A stretch of 64,000 nt of DNA from Octopus vulgaris (lineage: Eukaryota): the NCBI GenBank assembly GCA_951406725.2, contig OX597816.1, forward strand, positions 128,774,001-128,838,000, given 5' to 3'. The notes below the pieces were generated by a model. It was not told the DNA's origin. It made no database searches and saw nothing but the letters and a program-made list of their open reading frames with translations. Below are positions 11,786 through 24,450 of the stretch, in pieces (positions within the stretch are counted from its first letter, which is position 1; every line of letters begins with the position of its first letter). The translations under genes were made by a program, and so were the position numbers.

Positions 11786-12204
11786 CTTGTCCAAAGAAAA
11801 ATGAATGATACAGATGTAAAGTCTATTGTTTTCTCATTAATAGAGAGGTAAGGGTGAGAACAAACATTTTTACTAATATTTTGCTGTGTGTGTGTGTGTC
11901 CTGGTATTTGTCAATTTGAGAAACCTCAAATCAGATGGTTTTTCCAAGAAAATAGAAAGAAGGAAAACCTAGTATAGTACAATCCTGGATAAACTATTCA
12001 TGGCTGGAATATCTGTGGTCATAGCTTTGTTCAGTCAAAGATGGACTGGGTCTAAACCATAGCAACAATAACAATTGGTCTTTTACATCATCTACCAAAA
12101 CCAATATTTACCAATATTTACAAAATGCAGAATCTTCCATTCAGCAGAGAAAGAAAATTACAAAACATACAAAAACACACAAGCTAAAAATGTAAAAGAT
12201 GCAA

Positions 12205-12510
12205 GAATGGCTATGTGGTTAAAAAAACACTTCCCAACCACATGGTTTCAGGTTCAATCCCATTGTTTGGCATCTTGGGCTTCAACTAGAACACCAAGCC
12301 AACCAATGCATTGTGAGTGAATTTGGTAGAGGGAAACTGTGTGGAAGCCTGTAACATGTGTGTGTATATGTGTGTGTTTGTGTGTGTATATATATGTATA
12401 CATTTATTTGTGTGTATATATGTATACGTTTATTTGTGTGTGTATTTGAGTCTGTATATATGCATATGTGAATATATGTGTGTATATGTATATGTGTAAA
12501 TGTGTGTGCA

Positions 12511-12560
<50 letters not shown>

Positions 12561-12760
12561 TCTTTATGTTTGTGTTACTTCCCTGACTGCTTTATAAGGG
12601 GTGTTGCTTTGTTAATGTCCCCACAACTTAACTGTTCAGCAAAAGAGATTGACAGAATAAGTCCCATACTTAAAATAAGTACTGGAGTTAATTTGTACAT
12701 TTAACACTACAAGGCAGTGCTCCAGAATGGCTGCAGTCCAATGACTGAAAACAGTAGAAG
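12205..12760 (+). mobile_element. SINE family A with expanded internal (TG/TA)n
   Basis: Head TGGCTATGTGG..GGTTCAATCCC; 3' part GCAAAAGAGATTGACAGAATAAG...CAGTCCAATGACTGAAA. Confidence 0.7.
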
Positions 12761-13121
12761 ATTAATAGGGGCATAATAAAGTAATGTACCTTATTTTCTG
12801 ACATATAGCTTTTTATCTTTTACTGTTTCAGTCATTAGAAGACGGACGTTAAACGATGATGATGATGATGATACTTTTTACTCTACACTTGTTTCCGTCA
12901 TTAGACTGTGGCCATGCTGGAACACGACCATGAATTTTTTTAGTTGAATGAATCAACCCAAGTACTTCTTTTTTTCTTTAAGCCTGGTATTTGCTGTAGC
13001 CCATCTTTTATACCAAGACAAAACAATGTACATGATAACACTTCCAATGAGTTAAGATCAGAAGCCATGAGAGCCACTGCCTGGTACTGCATCAGGGCAT
13101 TTATTATCATCATCATCATCA

Positions 13122-13156
<35 letters not shown>

Positions 13157-13159
<3 letters not shown>

Positions 13160-13486
13160 TAGTTTTATTTTTATAGCGTGCTTTCACTTCACTACCGAGC
13201 GCAGCTCTGTGTGCCTTGGGTATGTGCTGTGATTTGTTGTGATGCTCTGATGGTTATTGTATGGAAAGTGTTCTGCGTAGGATGTGTGCAGTGCCTAGTA
13301 GTGCAATTTTCTGTATGTTATATGTGTTTGTAAGTCCTGGTGTTTTTGTTATGTATTTGTCTGAATATTTTTTTATCATGCCTAATGCACCTACTAAGAT
13401 AGGAATTGTTTCTGTTTTCAGATTCCACATTCTAGTTACCTCTATTTCCAGGTCTTTGTATTTTGAGAGTTTCTCCATTTCTTTAA
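13157..13486 (-). mobile_element. 5'-truncated R4/Dong-like non-LTR retrotransposon (end of restriction-like endonuclease domain plus 3' UTR)
   Basis: ORF 13254-13478 EKLSKYKDLEIEVTRMWNLKTETIPILVGALG...IQKIALLGTAHILRR. Flanked on both sides by (ATT)n. Confidence 0.8.
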
Positions 13487-13514
13487 TTTTATTATTATTA
13501 TTATTATTATTATT

Positions 13515-14168
13515 TTAATGTTTGACGTTTGTTTTGCATTTGTACAAGTTGGCTCCAAGTCTCACCCAGAGACCTCAAGAGACGAGTTAGAAGTTCATGT
13601 TGGTGTTATGCCTAGGGTGCCATATATTTGGTTTTGTACATAGTATTGTTCTAGAGAATGTTTAAGAAACCATAAGAATATTATGAGTTTGTTTTAAAAT
13701 TTGAGATTACATAGACAGTATATTACGTAGGATATGGGCAGTTCTCATGAGCACTATCTTTTGAATTTCTGCCATTTTGGGGTTTCCTGGTATCTGAGCT
13801 AGATAACAATCAGCTCCTTTTGCTATCATTCCTAGGACACCTATGACAACAGGTATTGTTTTAGTCTTCAGGTTCCACATTTTGCTAATTTCTATTTCAA
13901 AATCTTTATATTTGCTCAATTTTTGGTAGATCTTGACAGATACATTTGTATCAATTGAGACAGTCATATCAATCAGGGGGCAAGATTTCTGTCTGAAGTC
14001 TTTCAATATGATGTCTGGCCTATTTGCATCTATCCTTCTGTCAGTTTGAATGGTGAAATTCCAGAGGAGTGAGATGTGATCATTTTCAAGAACTGGGACT
14101 GGTTTGTGTTTCCACCAGTTTTTATCATGTGGCAAGTTCAGGTTTTTGCAAATTATCCAGTGAATATA
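13515..14168 (-). mobile_element. Second, divergent R4/Dong-like element with restriction-like endonuclease domain
   Basis: ORF 13707-14135 has the RLE motif NRPDIILKD..LIDMTV..K..KYKD, preceded by YIHWIICK. Bounded by (ATT)n. Confidence 0.85.
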
Positions 14169-14660
14169 TTATTATTAGTAGTAGTATTATTATCCTCATC
14201 ATCATCATCATCACTATTGTCGTCGTCGTCGTATTCGTCGTCGTCGTCATTGTCGTATTCGTCATCATCATCATCATCATCATTATTATTGTTATTATTT
14301 TGCATCATTATCTATTGAGTGTTCTCCTTTATTCAGACCTTTACATAAAATAATTTACTTCGTTTTAGACCCATAACAAACTCTTTCACTGACTGGAACA
14401 GATTTCGGGAAAAGTAACAATTCTCTAGTAAATAATTACAGTATAAACAAAAGGTAACGAAAGCTAATATTTTTCATATATCCTTATTTCATTTGGTACT
14501 TAGGCATTGATGAGATTTGCAGATCCTTTGCAGCCTGGGTGGGATACTCGACAGATGAACTATTGTTTCTTCTCTTATTTCTTTCTTTGCCTGATTATGA
14601 TGTGAAGTCGCTGTCTCCTGTTTTCTTCTCAGCTTTCACACCCTCTCTCTGTCTGTCTGC

Positions 14661-14706
<46 letters not shown>

Positions 14707-14817
14707 CTATCTGTCTATCTGTCTATTTATCTATCTCAACATATATACATACATGTGAGAAGTACATGTGCATGGGTGGAAGTGTTCTCTGTGTGTGTGT
14801 GTGTGTGTGTGTACATT

Positions 14818-14849
<32 letters not shown>

Positions 14850-15254
14850 CGTCTGTGTGTGTGTATGTATGTGCGTCTGTGTTAGTGTATGCACACGTGT
14901 GTGTAAAGTTGTGTATGTGTGTGCGTATATATGTGCCTCTGTGTGTGCACACGTATGTATACCTCTGTGTGTATGTGTGTATGTACACGCATGTCTGTAC
15001 ATTCGTGTGTGTGTGTGCATATATATGTGCATCTGTGTGTGTTTGTGTGTGTATGTATGTATGTATGTTATGCTCTCAAGTATGTATGTTATATATGTAG
15101 GAATGAATGCCTGCATTCATGTTCACATGTTTACATAAGTAGGGAATTGGTGAATTGTTGTATTCAGTCAATGGATGATGGGTGTTCTGGCAATGCTGAA
15201 AAGTAAATTTATTTGACTCTCTCTCTCTATCTATCTAGCTAGCTATCTATCTAT

Positions 15255-15686
15255 TCTTTTCTACTCTAGGCACAAGGCACATAATTTTTGGGGAAAGGGC
15301 CAGTCAATTAGATCAACCCAGTACGCAACTGGTACTGAATTTATCGACCCCAAAAAGATAAAAGGCAAAGTCGACCTTGGTGGAATTTGAACTCAGAACA
15401 TAAAGAGAGACGAACTTCAACTAAGCATTTCAACCGGTGTGCTAATGTTTCTTATTTCTTTATTGCCCACAAGGGGCTAAACATAGGGAGGACAAACAAG
15501 GACAGACAAAGGTATTAAGTCGATTACATCGACCCCAGTGCATAACTGGTACTTAATTTATCGACCCTGAAAGGATGAAAGGCAAAGTTGACGTCGGCAG
15601 AATTTGAACTCAGAATGTAGCAGTAGATGAAATACCTCTAAGCACTTCGCCTGGCATGCTAACATTTCTGCCAGCTCACCACCTTT
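15255..15686 (-). mobile_element. Tandem or nested dimer of SINE family B
   Basis: ACTGGTACT..ATTTATCGACCC..AAAGGCAAAGT.GAC occurs twice (about 15330 and 15545). A single complete head lies at about 15665-15686. Confidence 0.85.
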
Positions 15687-15824
15687 AACTATTTATCTAT
15701 TGTTTAAATTTTGTGTATTTCTCTTTTCTCTCTTTTACTTGTCTTCCTCTTCTGACTCTCACATCAAATATTGTTGTAATAATCTACATAGGCAAATCTG
15801 TCTTTTAATATATAGCAACATTAT

Positions 15825-15955
15825 TCTGCCAAGGTCAACTGTGCCTTTCATTCTCTCAGGGTCGATAAAATGAATACCAGAAGAGCACTGGGGTTGATGT
15901 AATTGACTAGCCTCCTCCCCTAAAACTGCTGGCCTTGTGCCAAAATTTGAAACCA
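15825..15955 (+). mobile_element. SINE family B, 3' part
   Basis: GCCTTTCATTCTCTCAGGGTCGATAAAATGAATACCAG...CCTTGTGCCAAAATTTGAAACC. Confidence 0.75.
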
Positions 15956-16699
15956 ATATACGGCAACATTTTCCAAAGTTCCGTCCCTGCTCACATCCTT
16001 CCTCCCTGCCCTACCATCCTTCTCTCCCTCTTTCTTTCTCTCCCTCTCTCTCTTCCCAGTTCTTCTACCCCCATTACTTTTTCAACCCAAATCTCTTAAC
16101 CTACACAGATTTACAGAAAATTTCAAATCACACTTCCCTCCTTACAAATACAACTAACCCTTCTAAGTTATCACATTTTCCCACTCCAGGGGGTACTCCA
16201 TGTACACTAGGCCCAACCCTTTACCCTCTGATGTGACATATGAATGAGAAATAATGAAATATCAGCTGGATATGTTATGACACAGTCAGAGGGAAATGCA
16301 AATCTGCTCCTAAAAGGCTTCTTTCTTTCACTGTCTCTGTCTCTGTCACTCTTTCTTTCTCTCTCTTTCATTTTTTTTCAATCAAAAATATTCCAAATCT
16401 TAAAAAACGGAATTTGCCAAATGTTTCACATTTATTTATTTATTTATTTATCTATTTATTTATTCATTTATTTATATTTCAATATTATTATCAGCTGATA
16501 AAGATCTGAAAGTTATACATATATGCATGTATGTATGTATCTATGTATGCATGTATATATGTATGAATGTGTGTATCTATGTATGCATGTATATATGTAT
16601 GAATGTGTTTGTCTATATATGTGTATGTGTGCATATGTGTGTGTATGTGTATGTATGTACTTATGTCTGTATCTACATACCTATACATGCATGTGTGTG

Positions 16700-16771
<72 letters not shown>

Positions 16772-17064
16772 TATATATACACATGCACACACACATATAT
16801 GTACGTATATGTACATGCATATGTATATTTATATGATGTGTATGCATATGTGTGTTTGTGTGTATGTATATGTGCATATGTGTGTTACTGTGCTATTGTA
16901 TGTATATTCCAGTGTGCATGCATGTGTGTTTGTGTCTGTGTGAGGGGCAGGAATGGAATGGATGTGTGCAATAAAAAGTGCACTCTGTAACATTAGCTCT
17001 CAGTATTTCTTCTTTGGTGAAATCAGCTGCACATCTCAGTTGCATTAATACTATTTTTGAAATT

Positions 17065-17079
17065 ATGTGTTGTTATTGT

Positions 17080-17117
<38 letters not shown>

Positions 17118-17191
17118 ATAATAATAATAATAATAATAATAATGATAATAATAGTAATAATAATAATAAAAATGATAATAATGATAATAAC

Positions 17192-17262
<71 letters not shown>

Positions 17263-17280
17263 TAATAATAATAAAATATC
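17065..17280. repeat. (TAC)n-(TAA)n compound microsatellite
   Basis: Direct reading of the sequence. Confidence 0.95.
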
Positions 17281-17867
17281 ATTATTATTCTTTATTATTA
17301 ATTTTATCTTTATTTTTATAATAACTTCGTAGTGGCAGCAGTACTCGTAGTAGTAGTAGTTGTTGTTGTTGTTGATGGTGGCAGCATTGGCGGCAATGAT
17401 GCTCTTGTTGTTTTAAATCAATATTATAGCTACCGTTTGAATACTTTATCAAACTGTACAATAAGATTGAGTTACACTCCACTGTGCTTGAAAGCCATTG
17501 CTCTGTCTGTACTCTAATATTTTGTACTCTTCTGAAATATTCTTGTTACATGGTACCAAACGAAATTCTATTCTGTATCATATTGTATATTGTACTGAAA
17601 TAGCGTTCTATGATTGTACCAAAGACCCACATTACCATACTCCAATATTTTGCTATGCTGTAACACATGGAATATTTTACAGTACGTTACTGAAATAACT
17701 TGCAATAATGTATCAAATGAATTATTGTAGTGTACTGTAACATCTGTTGATACTGTGCCACATGGAATATTATAGTGTACTGCACTGAAATACTACACTA
17801 TAATTATACTGTAATAATTTGCTAACATGTACCAAATTTATCTAATATTCATCTGTCATTGTCTTAT

Positions 17868-17899
<32 letters not shown>

Positions 17900-17924
17900 T
17901 TATCTATCTATCAGTCTATCTGAC

Positions 17925-19583
17925 CATGACTTTGAGACTCACTCCCAACTCATGGCTTGCCACTTCATCCTACATGGACATCCCCTTACCATTATCCACA
18001 TTGCCCTTGCCCAAGCATGATCTGTGGACCGTGCCTTTGCTCTTTCCCACCCCGCCCTTACCCATCTCCCGTTTCCCCTCACTTACCACCCCTCCAATGC
18101 ACCATTTTCCAAGCCTTCTGGCAACTCCAGGCCAAGCGATTTACCTTGCACATCTTCCCTAACCCTAACCCCTTTCTCCTTTCAAACAAGCCCATAACCT
18201 CCATGACCTTCCGGTCCACAGTTTCTTCCCTACCCCCACCTCCTAGCCTGGCTCCTTCCTCTGCTCTCACCCACGCTGTCACAGCTGCCCCTACCTCTCC
18301 AACACCACCATCCTCACAGGTACCTATCACCATCCCTATCACATCACCTATCCCTTACCAGCACCTCTAGTAATGTTATTTACTGCATCTCCTGCTCTCT
18401 CCGTCCTTCCCTGTACATTGGTCAAACAGGATGCCACTCAGCTGACCAGTTCATGGAGTACCTCCAGGACATCAGACTCAGCAATGACGCCCTGGTCTTG
18501 TGCCATTTCTGCTCTACTGGTCATTCACTACAACATCTGTCCATGTCCATGAATAGGAATTAATCTTCTCTTATCATTCCTTTGTACTATATGAGCTTGA
18601 CTCACCTCCTCTCTTCATCTGACACCAACCTCACTTCCTCTTTTCATTTGACACCAATTCCACATGGATTCACACTCACCTCCCAGACTCTCCACCTACA
18701 AACCCACATACCGCCCACCTCAGTACCCTCACTCACACCACTATACACACACATACATACTGTTCAACTCATCACTCACTTCACACACCATTACACACAC
18801 ACCCACAACACCTTCCCATTCCACACACACTTCTCAGTACCCACACAACACACCATCATCCACACAATCTTCAATAGTGTCACCATACATACCACTATAT
18901 GAGCAGCCACACATGCTGTTTAGCTCAGTACACAAACCATACACCATCATGCACACTCCCACACCTACACAAGTACATAATGCTTGAATGCAATATATAC
19001 ACATACGCACACACACACACATATAACGTGCATAAACACACACACATAACAAATAGACAACAATAACTTTCGCCCACATGCATGCATACTATTTGGTCAC
19101 AGTGACATACACACATACACATACCACATATAAAAGCACACATCATCTGCTACACACACACACACACACATTACACATGCACACACACACACATTACACA
19201 CGCACATGTCAAACTCACTTGCCCCCATTCACATTTACACACTTACACCATTCTTATATACACCATTCTTACATACACGCATGCACACTTGCACACCTCC
19301 TCTTGTTGGGATCACTGTGAATTATCTCCCCTTCTTTCAACCTTTTTTATAAAATCATCTCTTTTTATTCAACCTCTTTTTTTTACCAATTATTCACCAT
19401 GTTGGGTCACTGAACTCGACACATTTTTTAATTTTCTCTCAATCTATTTTCTCTTATTCTTTTCTGTCGAAGAGCATAGGCTTAAAACGTAAAAGACTTT
19501 TCCATTTTTCCTGAGTGTCAAGAGATAATACACTTAATTGTTGTTCCTACCTCTGTCTTTGTCCTTGTTTTTCTATAAATTTG

Positions 19584-19587
<4 letters not shown>
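17925..19587 (+). mobile_element. Penelope-like element remnant: Cys-linker plus GIY-YIG endonuclease pseudogene, CA-rich spacer and LTR-like end
   Basis: About 18260-18530 reads (with a frameshift) SHPRCHSCPYLSNTT...SSNVIYCISCSLRPSLYIGQTG..ADQFMEYLQDIR...CHF...GHSL, the canonical xIY...YIGQT motif. A hammerhead-like core sits at 19458-19496 and the element ends at (TA)n. Confidence 0.8.
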
Positions 19588-19626
<39 letters not shown>

Positions 19627-19630
<4 letters not shown>

Positions 19631-19817
19631 GTGCTGAAAAATAAATACAAAGGGATGTGTTAATTATGATTTTATTCAACATATTCCCCTCTAAGATTCA
19701 TACGCTTATTGCACAGTGCTTCAGTTTTCCTAAGCCCTGTAAAAGAACTTGGAAGTTTGGGCCTCCAGTCTGGCCTTTTGCAATAACCTTAAAGCCAGGA
19801 ACTTTTCACACCCCATA
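19627..19817. mobile_element. Short mariner-derived MITE remnant between (TA)n tracts
   Basis: Ends GTGCTGAAAA... and ...GGAACTTTTCACACCCCATA resemble mariner TIRs (compare the right TIR at 43150-43173). Confidence 0.55.
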
Positions 19818-19825
19818 TATGAATT

Positions 19826-19897
<72 letters not shown>

Positions 19898-19914
19898 TGT
19901 ATACATATGTATAG

Positions 19915-21875
19915 ACTGTGCAAGCCATGTACAGAGATGCCGTAAGTAAGGTTAGGGTTGGCAACATGTACACAGAAGAATTCAAAGTAGAGGTTGGGGT
20001 CCACCAGGGTTCAGTACTCAGCCCCCTCCTATTTATCATCGTACTCCAGGCAATTACGGAGGAATTCAAGACAGGCTGACCCTGGGAGCTCCTCTACGCT
20101 GACGACCTTGCTCTTATTGCTGAGTCACTATCAGAACTGGAGGAGAAGTTCCAGGTGTGGAAGGAGGGTTTAGAATCAAGGGGCCTTAGAGTCAACCTAG
20201 CTAAAACCAAAGTACTAATAAGTAGGAAGGTAGACAATCCACAAATGTCTTCAGGAAGATGGCCCTGCTCGATCTGTAGAAAAGGTGTAGGTAGAAACTC
20301 TATAAGATGTACCCAGTGTAAGCTATGGACACATAAGAGGTACAGCAATGTCAAAGGTAGGCTAACTGGGAAGATAGTTTTTGTATGTGGCAGATGCTCG
20401 GGGGCATTAACCTCCGAAAATCTGCAGAAAACAACTTCTGTCACTTTCCAGGGGGAAAAACTAGAAGTAGTTGATAGCTTCCGTTATCTAGGTGACCAAG
20501 TCAGTAGTGGGGGTGGGTGCGCTGAAAGTGTAACTGCTAGAATAAGAATAGCCTGGGCAAAGTTTAGGGAGCTCTTACCTCTGCTGGTGACTAAAGGCCT
20601 CTCGCTCAGAGTAAAAGGCAGACTGTATGATGCATGTGTACGAACAGCCATGCTACATGGCAGCGAAACATGGGCCGTGACTGCTGAGGACATGCGTAAG
20701 CTCGTGAGGAATGAAGCCAGTATGCTCCGATGGATGTGTAATGTCAGTGTACATACTCGACAGAGCGTTAGCACCTTGAGAGAAATGTTGTACCTAAGAA
20801 GCATCAGTTGTGGTGTGCAAGAGAGATGATTGCGCTGGTATGGTCATGTGGCGAGAATGGATGAAGATAGGTGTGTGAGAAAGTGCCAATCCCTAGCAGT
20901 TGAGGGAACCCGTGGAAGAGGTAGACCCAGGAAAACCTGGGACGAGGTGGTGAAGCACGACCTTCGAACTTTAGGCCTCACTGAGGAAATGATCAGCGAC
21001 CGAGACCTTTGGAAATATTCTGTACGTGAGAAGACCAGGCAGGACAAGTGAGCCCAGCCCACTTATGAATGCCTTTCCTCCCTTGGACACAAAGACCTGT
21101 TGAGGCAAGCGAAGTCGATATAGAACCTCATCCGACGACAGACACCCATGCCAAGCCCCCCTGCTTGCGAAGACATGTTGGGGCAAGCGAAATCGAAATC
21201 GAAACCGAATTGAACCAGCCAGGATCCCTGGCCTGGTGGTATGTAAAAAGCACTATCCGACTCGTGGCCGTGGCATGTAAAATACTCCAATGCGACCGTA
21301 CGACAGGCACCCATGCCAACCCCCTTTGCTTGTGAAGACATGTTGGGGCAAGCGAAATCGAAATCGAATTGAACCAGCCAGGATCCCTGGTCTGGTAGTA
21401 CGTAAAAAGCACTATCCGACTCGTGGCCGTGGCACGTAAAATACTCCAATGCGACTGTACGACAGGCACCCATGCCAACCCCCTTTGCTTGTGAAGACAT
21501 GTTGGGGCAAGCGAAATCGAAATCGAATTGAACCAGCCAGGATCCCTGGTCTGGTGGTACGTAAAAAGCACTATCCGACTCGTGGCCGATGCCAGCACCG
21601 CCTCGACTGGCTTCCGTGCTGGTGGCACATAAAATACACCAATCCGACCATGGCCGTTGCCAGCCTCGCCTGGCACCTGTGCAGGTGGCACGTAAAAAGC
21701 ACCCACTACACTCACGAAGTGGTTGGCGTTAGGAAGGGCATCCAGCTGTAGAAACATTGCCAGATTAGACTGGAGCCTGGTGCAGCCTTCTGGCTTCCCA
21801 GAACCCCGGTCGAACCGTCCAGCCCATGCTAGCATGGAGAACGGACGTTAAACGATGATGATGATGATGATGATG
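19915..21875 (+). mobile_element. 5'-truncated RTE-clade LINE (RT C-half, Cys-rich finger, C-terminus, 3' UTR, (GAT)n tail)
   Basis: One frame from 19915 to 21051 with two in-frame TGA (20077, 20827). Motifs GVHQGSVLSP, YADD, FRYLG, MLHGSETW, RGRPRKTW. Confidence 0.95.
21136..21588 (+). repeat. Tandem triplication (165, 159 and partial units) inside the RTE 3' UTR
   Basis: Units start CGACAG.CACCCATGCCAA at 21136, 21301 and 21460. Confidence 0.9.
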
Positions 21876-22086
21876 AATATGAGGGGATATTATTCCAAAC
21901 TTACAGGGAAAAATTCAATTTAGAAATACTAAATCAAATTTCACAAAATATAATATATATATATATATAAATTAGAAAAAAGAACTTTTATCAATTCAAT
22001 AATGAAAAATTAAATTATACCATTTAGAAAAATTACATATAGAAAGATTAAATATAAGATAAAACATATAACGATGATTAAGTAAT

Positions 22087-24378
22087 CATCATCATCATCA
22101 TCATCGTTTAGCGTCCGTTTTCCATGCTAGCATGGGTTGGACGGTTCTACTGGGGTCTGTGAAGCCAGAAGGCTCCATCAGGCCAAGTCAAAATCTGGCA
22201 GTGTTTCTACGGCTGGATGCCCTTCCTAACGCCAACCACTCTGTGAGTGTAGTGGGTGCTTTTTACGTGCCACCCGCACAGGTGCCAGACAGAGCTGGCA
22301 AACGGCCACGAACGGATGGTGCTTTTTATGTGCCACCGGCACGAGGGCCAGGCGAGGCTGGCAACGGACACGAACGGATGGTGCTTTTTACGTGCCACCG
22401 GCACGAGGCCAGTCAGGCGGCGCTGGCAACGGTCGCGAAACGGAAGGTTCTCTTACATGCCACCGGCACTGGTAACACATCTGCAATTTCCATTGATCGA
22501 TTTCGATTCTGATCCTCACTTGCCTCAACAGGTCTTCACAAGTAGAGTTTCGACATGCCACCGGCACTGGTAACACATCTGCAATTTCCATTGAACGATT
22601 TCGATTCTGATCCTCACTTGCCTCAACAGGTCTTCACAAGAAGAGTTTTGTGTCTCAAGAAGGGAAGGTATGCATACGTAGGCTGGCTCCAACCCATGTA
22701 GAAGGCCACGGGTTATGGACTCACTTGTCCTGCCGGGTCTTATCGCGCACAGCACACTTCCAGAGGTCTCGGTCTCTAGTCATTTCCTCAGAGAAACCTA
22801 AAGTTCGAAGGTCGTGCTTCACCACCTCGTCCCAGGTTTTCCTGGGTCTGCCTCTTCCGCAGGTTCCCTCAACCGCTAGGGTGTGGCACTTTTTCACACA
22901 ACTATCTTCATCCATTCTCGCCACATGACCATACCAGCGCAGACGTCTCTCTTGCACACCACAACTGATGCTTCTTAGGTCCAGCTTTTCTCTCAAGGTA
23001 CTTACACTCTGCCGAGTATGAGTACTGACATTACACATCCATCGAAGCATACTGGCTTCATTTCTTGCGAGCTTACGCATATCCTCAGTAGTCACGGCCC
23101 ATGTTTCACTGCCATGTAGCATGGCTGTTCGTACACACGCATCATACAGTCTGCCTTTCTCTCTGTGCGAGAGGCCTTTTGTCACCAGCAGAGGTAAGAG
23201 CTCTCTGAACTTTGCCCAAGCTATTCTTACTCTAGCAGTTACACTTTCAGCACACCTGCCCCCGCTGCTGACTTGGTCACCTAGGTAACGGAAACTATCA
23301 ACTATTCCTAGTTTTTCCCCCTGGAAAGTGACGGAAGTTGGTCTCAGAGCATTTTCAGTGTTTATTGTTCCTGAGCATCTGCCACATACAAAAACCATCT
23401 TCCTAGTTAGCCTTCCTTTGACATTGCTGCACCTCTTATGTGTCCATAGCTTACACTTGGTGCATCTTATAGAGTTTCTACCTACACCTTTTCTACAGAT
23501 CGAGCAGGGCCATCTACCTGAAGGCGTTTGTGATTTGTCTACCTTCCTACTGATTACGACTTTGGTTTTAGCTAGATTGACTCTGAGGCCCTTCGATTCT
23601 CATCCTTGTTTCCACACCTGAAACTTCTCCTCCAGTTCTGATAGCGACTCAGCAATTAGAGCAAGGTCATCAGCATAGAGGAGCTCCCAAGGGCATCCTG
23701 TCTTGAATTCCTTCGTTATTGCCAGGAGGACTATGATTAATAGGAGGGGGCTGAGGACTGAGCCTTGGTGGACCCCTACCTCTACCCGGAATTCTTCACT
23801 GTACTCATTGCCAACCCTCACCTTACTAGCAGCATCCCTATACATGGCCCGCACAGCTCTCACTAACCTTTCATCTATCCCTAGTTTCCTCATTGACCAC
23901 CAGATAAGGGATCGGGGGACCCTGTCGAAGGCTTTCTCCATGTCAACAAAAGCCAGGTACAGGGGCTTATCTTTGGCTAGGTATTTCTCCTGCAGCTGCC
24001 TTACCAGGAATATAGCATCAGTAGTACTTTTCCCTGGCACAAACCCAAACTGCATCTCATCTATACTAACTCTCTCTCTAATTAGTTGGGCTATGACCCT
24101 CTCCGTAACCTTCATTACCTGATCCAACAGCTTGATACCTCTGTAGTTATTTGTATCTAGGGCGTCACCTTTACCTTTGTAGCAGTTGACTATTATGCTG
24201 CTACACCAGTCATTGGGTATGACTCCTTTGTGTATCACCTGATTAACTATACGGGTGACTAGGCTATAGCCGACACTACCAGACATTTTGAGCATCTCTG
24301 TAGTGATTCCTGATGAGCCTGGGGCTTTCCCTGTCTTCATGCTTCTAATTGCCTTAGCTACCATGGAACTATCAATGT
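22087..24378 (-). mobile_element. 5'-truncated RTE-clade LINE with complete RT domain and one nonsense codon
   Basis: ORFs 23600-24382 and 22721-23398 share a frame, split by one TGA at 23600-23602. Motifs GKAPG, NYRGIKLL, QFGF, DMEKAFD, HQGSVLSP, YADD. (ATC)n tail at 22087. Confidence 0.95.
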
Positions 24379-24397
24379 GCAAAATAATAAATAAAAC

Positions 24398-24449
<52 letters not shown>

Positions 24450-24450
<1 letters not shown>

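Noticed and set aside
14539-17332. Long ORFs rich in YI, CV, HT, N or I repeats (also 6486-6834, 28458-29013, 50091-50515)
   Set aside because: They are translations of microsatellites that lack stop codons by composition.
17480-17830. Quasi-periodic TACTG/ACTGAAATA-rich region
   Set aside because: It is consistent with a decayed pentanucleotide satellite and has no stable period or frame.
21063-21835. Minus-strand ORFs with 53-aa repeats
   Set aside because: They are a by-product of the 159-bp triplication in the RTE 3' UTR; there is no protein similarity that I recognise.
20094-24122. Antisense ORFs overlapping the RTE coding regions
   Set aside because: These are shadow frames of a real transposon ORF.
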